From positions 134,441 through 198,440 of the forward strand of contig NMRA01000558.1 in NCBI GenBank assembly GCA_002633005.1: a stretch of DNA of 64,000 nucleotides. Direction: 5' to 3'. This document shows, in pieces, positions 61,590 to 64,000 of this stretch; the stretch's first letter is position 1; each line of letters starts with the position of its first letter. This DNA comes from Phoronis australis. Lineage: Eukaryota > Animalia > Phoronida. Below the pieces are notes generated by a model. It saw nothing but the letters and a program-made list of their open reading frames with translations. It had not been told where the DNA came from and did no database searches. The translations under genes were made by a program, and so were the position numbers.

Positions 61590-64000
61590 AGTATATCTTT
61601 TCACCACTGTGCACAGGATGTTTTGGTTTCGTGAACCTGTTTTCAGATGATGATTTGTTTCCTGATACATTTGATGTTTTTCAATTGTTGTCAACGTTAT
61701 TCAGCTTAATAAAGTGATACTTAACTATTTATTGTCGCTTTCAATAATAGACTATGAGCTGAGAGCACCATCGTTCTCCAATTTTTCTCGCAACGAGACA
61801 GAACACATGTTTATTTCCGGACTTATAGTACAGGTCTTCGTTCTTAAGCAACTTGAGGTGCTGTTACGCGATCATCTGATATTCAAGTTTCTACGCCCCG
61901 TCGGTGCTCCTTATGCTCTTAAATATTTGGAAGTTGTCTAAACCCCTGTAGACACACCACACTTTTTCGTATATGACTTTTAGTATGCTAAAAAAGGTGT
62001 GTGTAAGCAGATGTTCAAGCAAAAATGTTTGCTGGTGGCGTGACTCATACCCAAATGTGCACAATATGGTTTCACGAAACTTATGAGCCAAGTTCATGTG
62101 ACGAAATCGAGAAGGGTTTAAAATCATCTTAAGAAAAACTCCAGAGAGACATGTTAAGCGCCAGAAACTTACCAGGATGCATGGAAATTTCACTATTTGG
62201 CTACGAAAACAAAAAATGTCTTACACGGGGGGTTTTCCCCCTCCCGACCTCCCCCCGCTCTGCGCCACTCGCTTAGGATTCGACCTTTGCGGGAATCCTA
62301 AACCCCCTTACTGAAAACGTAGATCTGCCACTGATTCATTTTTGTATGTAAAAGTGTAAAAATTACACATGTGTTGAAAAAGTTAGATCTTTAAGTAGTA
62401 GTGAACCTTCGAAATATTGAACCTTCGGGATGGCGAATCGGATGGTGAGTAGTTGGCTGCTTCCATTTCGAACTAATCGCCGATCCAAATATCGACGAAA
62501 TGACCAAGATTAGCAGACGACGTACTTGCCGGAAGTAAGGCTTGGTAACACTTCAGGCGCCGCTACTGCCTAGTGACGTCACGGCTTGTGCGTACGATCA
62601 CAGATTTCACCCATTGAAAGTATGCGGAGTTGGCGGTCCATGTACTACAGTCTATGGTCTCATTAGTAAATGTACCTTTCAATGCATGTATTAACTTTTC
62701 TTGAATTTTTTCTGATTCAAAAAATTGCCTCTAACGTGTGTGACGGACGTCTTTAAAAAATTTCTAAACGCTAATTTTCTGTGAGTTAAAAGAGTTTTTA
62801 AAATATGTTTTATATGGTGACTTAGTGGACTGCTTGTGAAGAAAATGACAACATTTTTGGTGCCTGATATTTAGAAATTTTTGTTAGACAACTCGATGAA
62901 AGTTGAGAGAGTGTGGTGGACGTACCAGACAAACCATTCCTGTGCTCTCACTTTGTAGTACATGTATTAAATTGTTTGTTGTGGCTAAGATATCAATTCA
63001 GAATAATTCAAATTTTAGTATTTAAGCTGATTCAATTTGTTTAATCAAAATATACATGTACCGATTGCCCTTTTGCACGAAATCATTACCTTGGGAAAGA
63101 CTAGGCTGGGTATGTACTCAAGGATTTTAAGTTTTCATTTGATTAAAGGTGTAAAAGAACCTCTTCAAATCCTCACTTTTGTTAGAAGATAGTAACGAAC
63201 ATGGACGGGAATGGGAGTGATAGTTATTTTATAGTTTACACCTGTCGTTATCCAGGAAAATTTGTTTGCATTAAGTTGAATAGAAATTCAAAACTAGTTA
63301 GTAAACGTGGCTATCCTAAATATAAAATGTTAATTAGAGTTTAAAACGGTGCGAATCATCGTTGAAATTAAAAAAAAAACATTTTAATTATTTGTTTCAA
63401 AATTAGGACTAGGCTTGTACAGACTTATTGCCGGGGTCACGTCGCTGATGGTCTGGTGCATAGTCATGATGATAAAGGCGATGTTTTACAAGTATTAGTA
63501 ACCGGACTTCAGTATCTTCTTATAACAAAGTGTGAAGCAAGCAAGTGCTTCAGCATGGTTCAGCTGACAGCATCGGCTCATTTTTATCCAAAACAGCAGC
63601 GCTGTCTTGCAGTGTGAAGGAAGACATAAATTACAATAAATTTAGGATTATGACTTAGCAATATGTGGAGTTAATTAATTATCAGATACTGGTCCTAAGT
63701 AGGTTAGATTTTCTTTCAGCTATTTAACCCGTGTCTTCATTTCAATTTTAATGAGAGGCATTATCTATAAAGTCGCATCACGGTTCAAGTTGGCATAGTT
63801 GATCCACGATGGCATTTTTTCGAGTTCCGATGCGTCTGATTTAAATTCGCAGCAAATTCTTCACTTGATTTTATAGCCGTCTCTATTTAATCTTTTTAGG
63901 TTCTTAGGTGAGGTACAAATGTTATCTTCTAAAAGCTTGTAAAGTAAAAGTGAGGCCTTTACATTCGCACGTGACGACATTCAAATTTCCGTTCATTTGT

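Larger units (their letters stand above)
60190..62333 (+). mobile_element. 2.1-kb hAT-family element with 16-bp TIRs, 5-bp TSD (ATTCA) and a decayed transposase
   Basis: Left TIR CAGCGGCGGATCTACG; right TIR reverse-complements to CAGTGGCAGATCTACG (14/16); ATTCA at 60185-60189 and 62334-62338. Confidence 0.65.

Overview
AT-rich, intron-rich animal DNA, most likely from a bilaterian marine invertebrate (inferred from GT-AG introns, the gene set, CTCF-like motifs and repeat types); it is not prokaryotic. Three spliced genes were reconstructed by hand with consistent intron phases. (1) CFAP221/PCDP1 on the minus strand, 10550-25723, with 20 core coding exons plus one optional 60-nt exon (about 915-935 aa). 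(2) A SEC22A-like longin protein on the plus strand, 27995-34243, with 6 coding exons (310 aa, ending SDYDV), head-to-head with CFAP221. (3) A 140-aa CD225/dispanin (IFITM-like) membrane protein on the minus strand, 37740-43001. There is also an orphan ~344-codon open frame at 54223-55257. The rest is a mosaic of transposon relics: a BEL/Pao integrase fragment; a 5'-truncated L1/Tx1 LINE with a perfect 13-bp TSD; a hAT family with 5-bp TSDs (two MITEs and a 2.1-kb copy carrying a transposase relic); a Helentron-type (HINE) element with arrayed CTCF-like motifs and two nested insertions; several palindromic MITEs; 16-bp tandem arrays; and microsatellites. One assembly gap is present (52663-53405). 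Family assignments come from recalled sequence similarity, not database searches.
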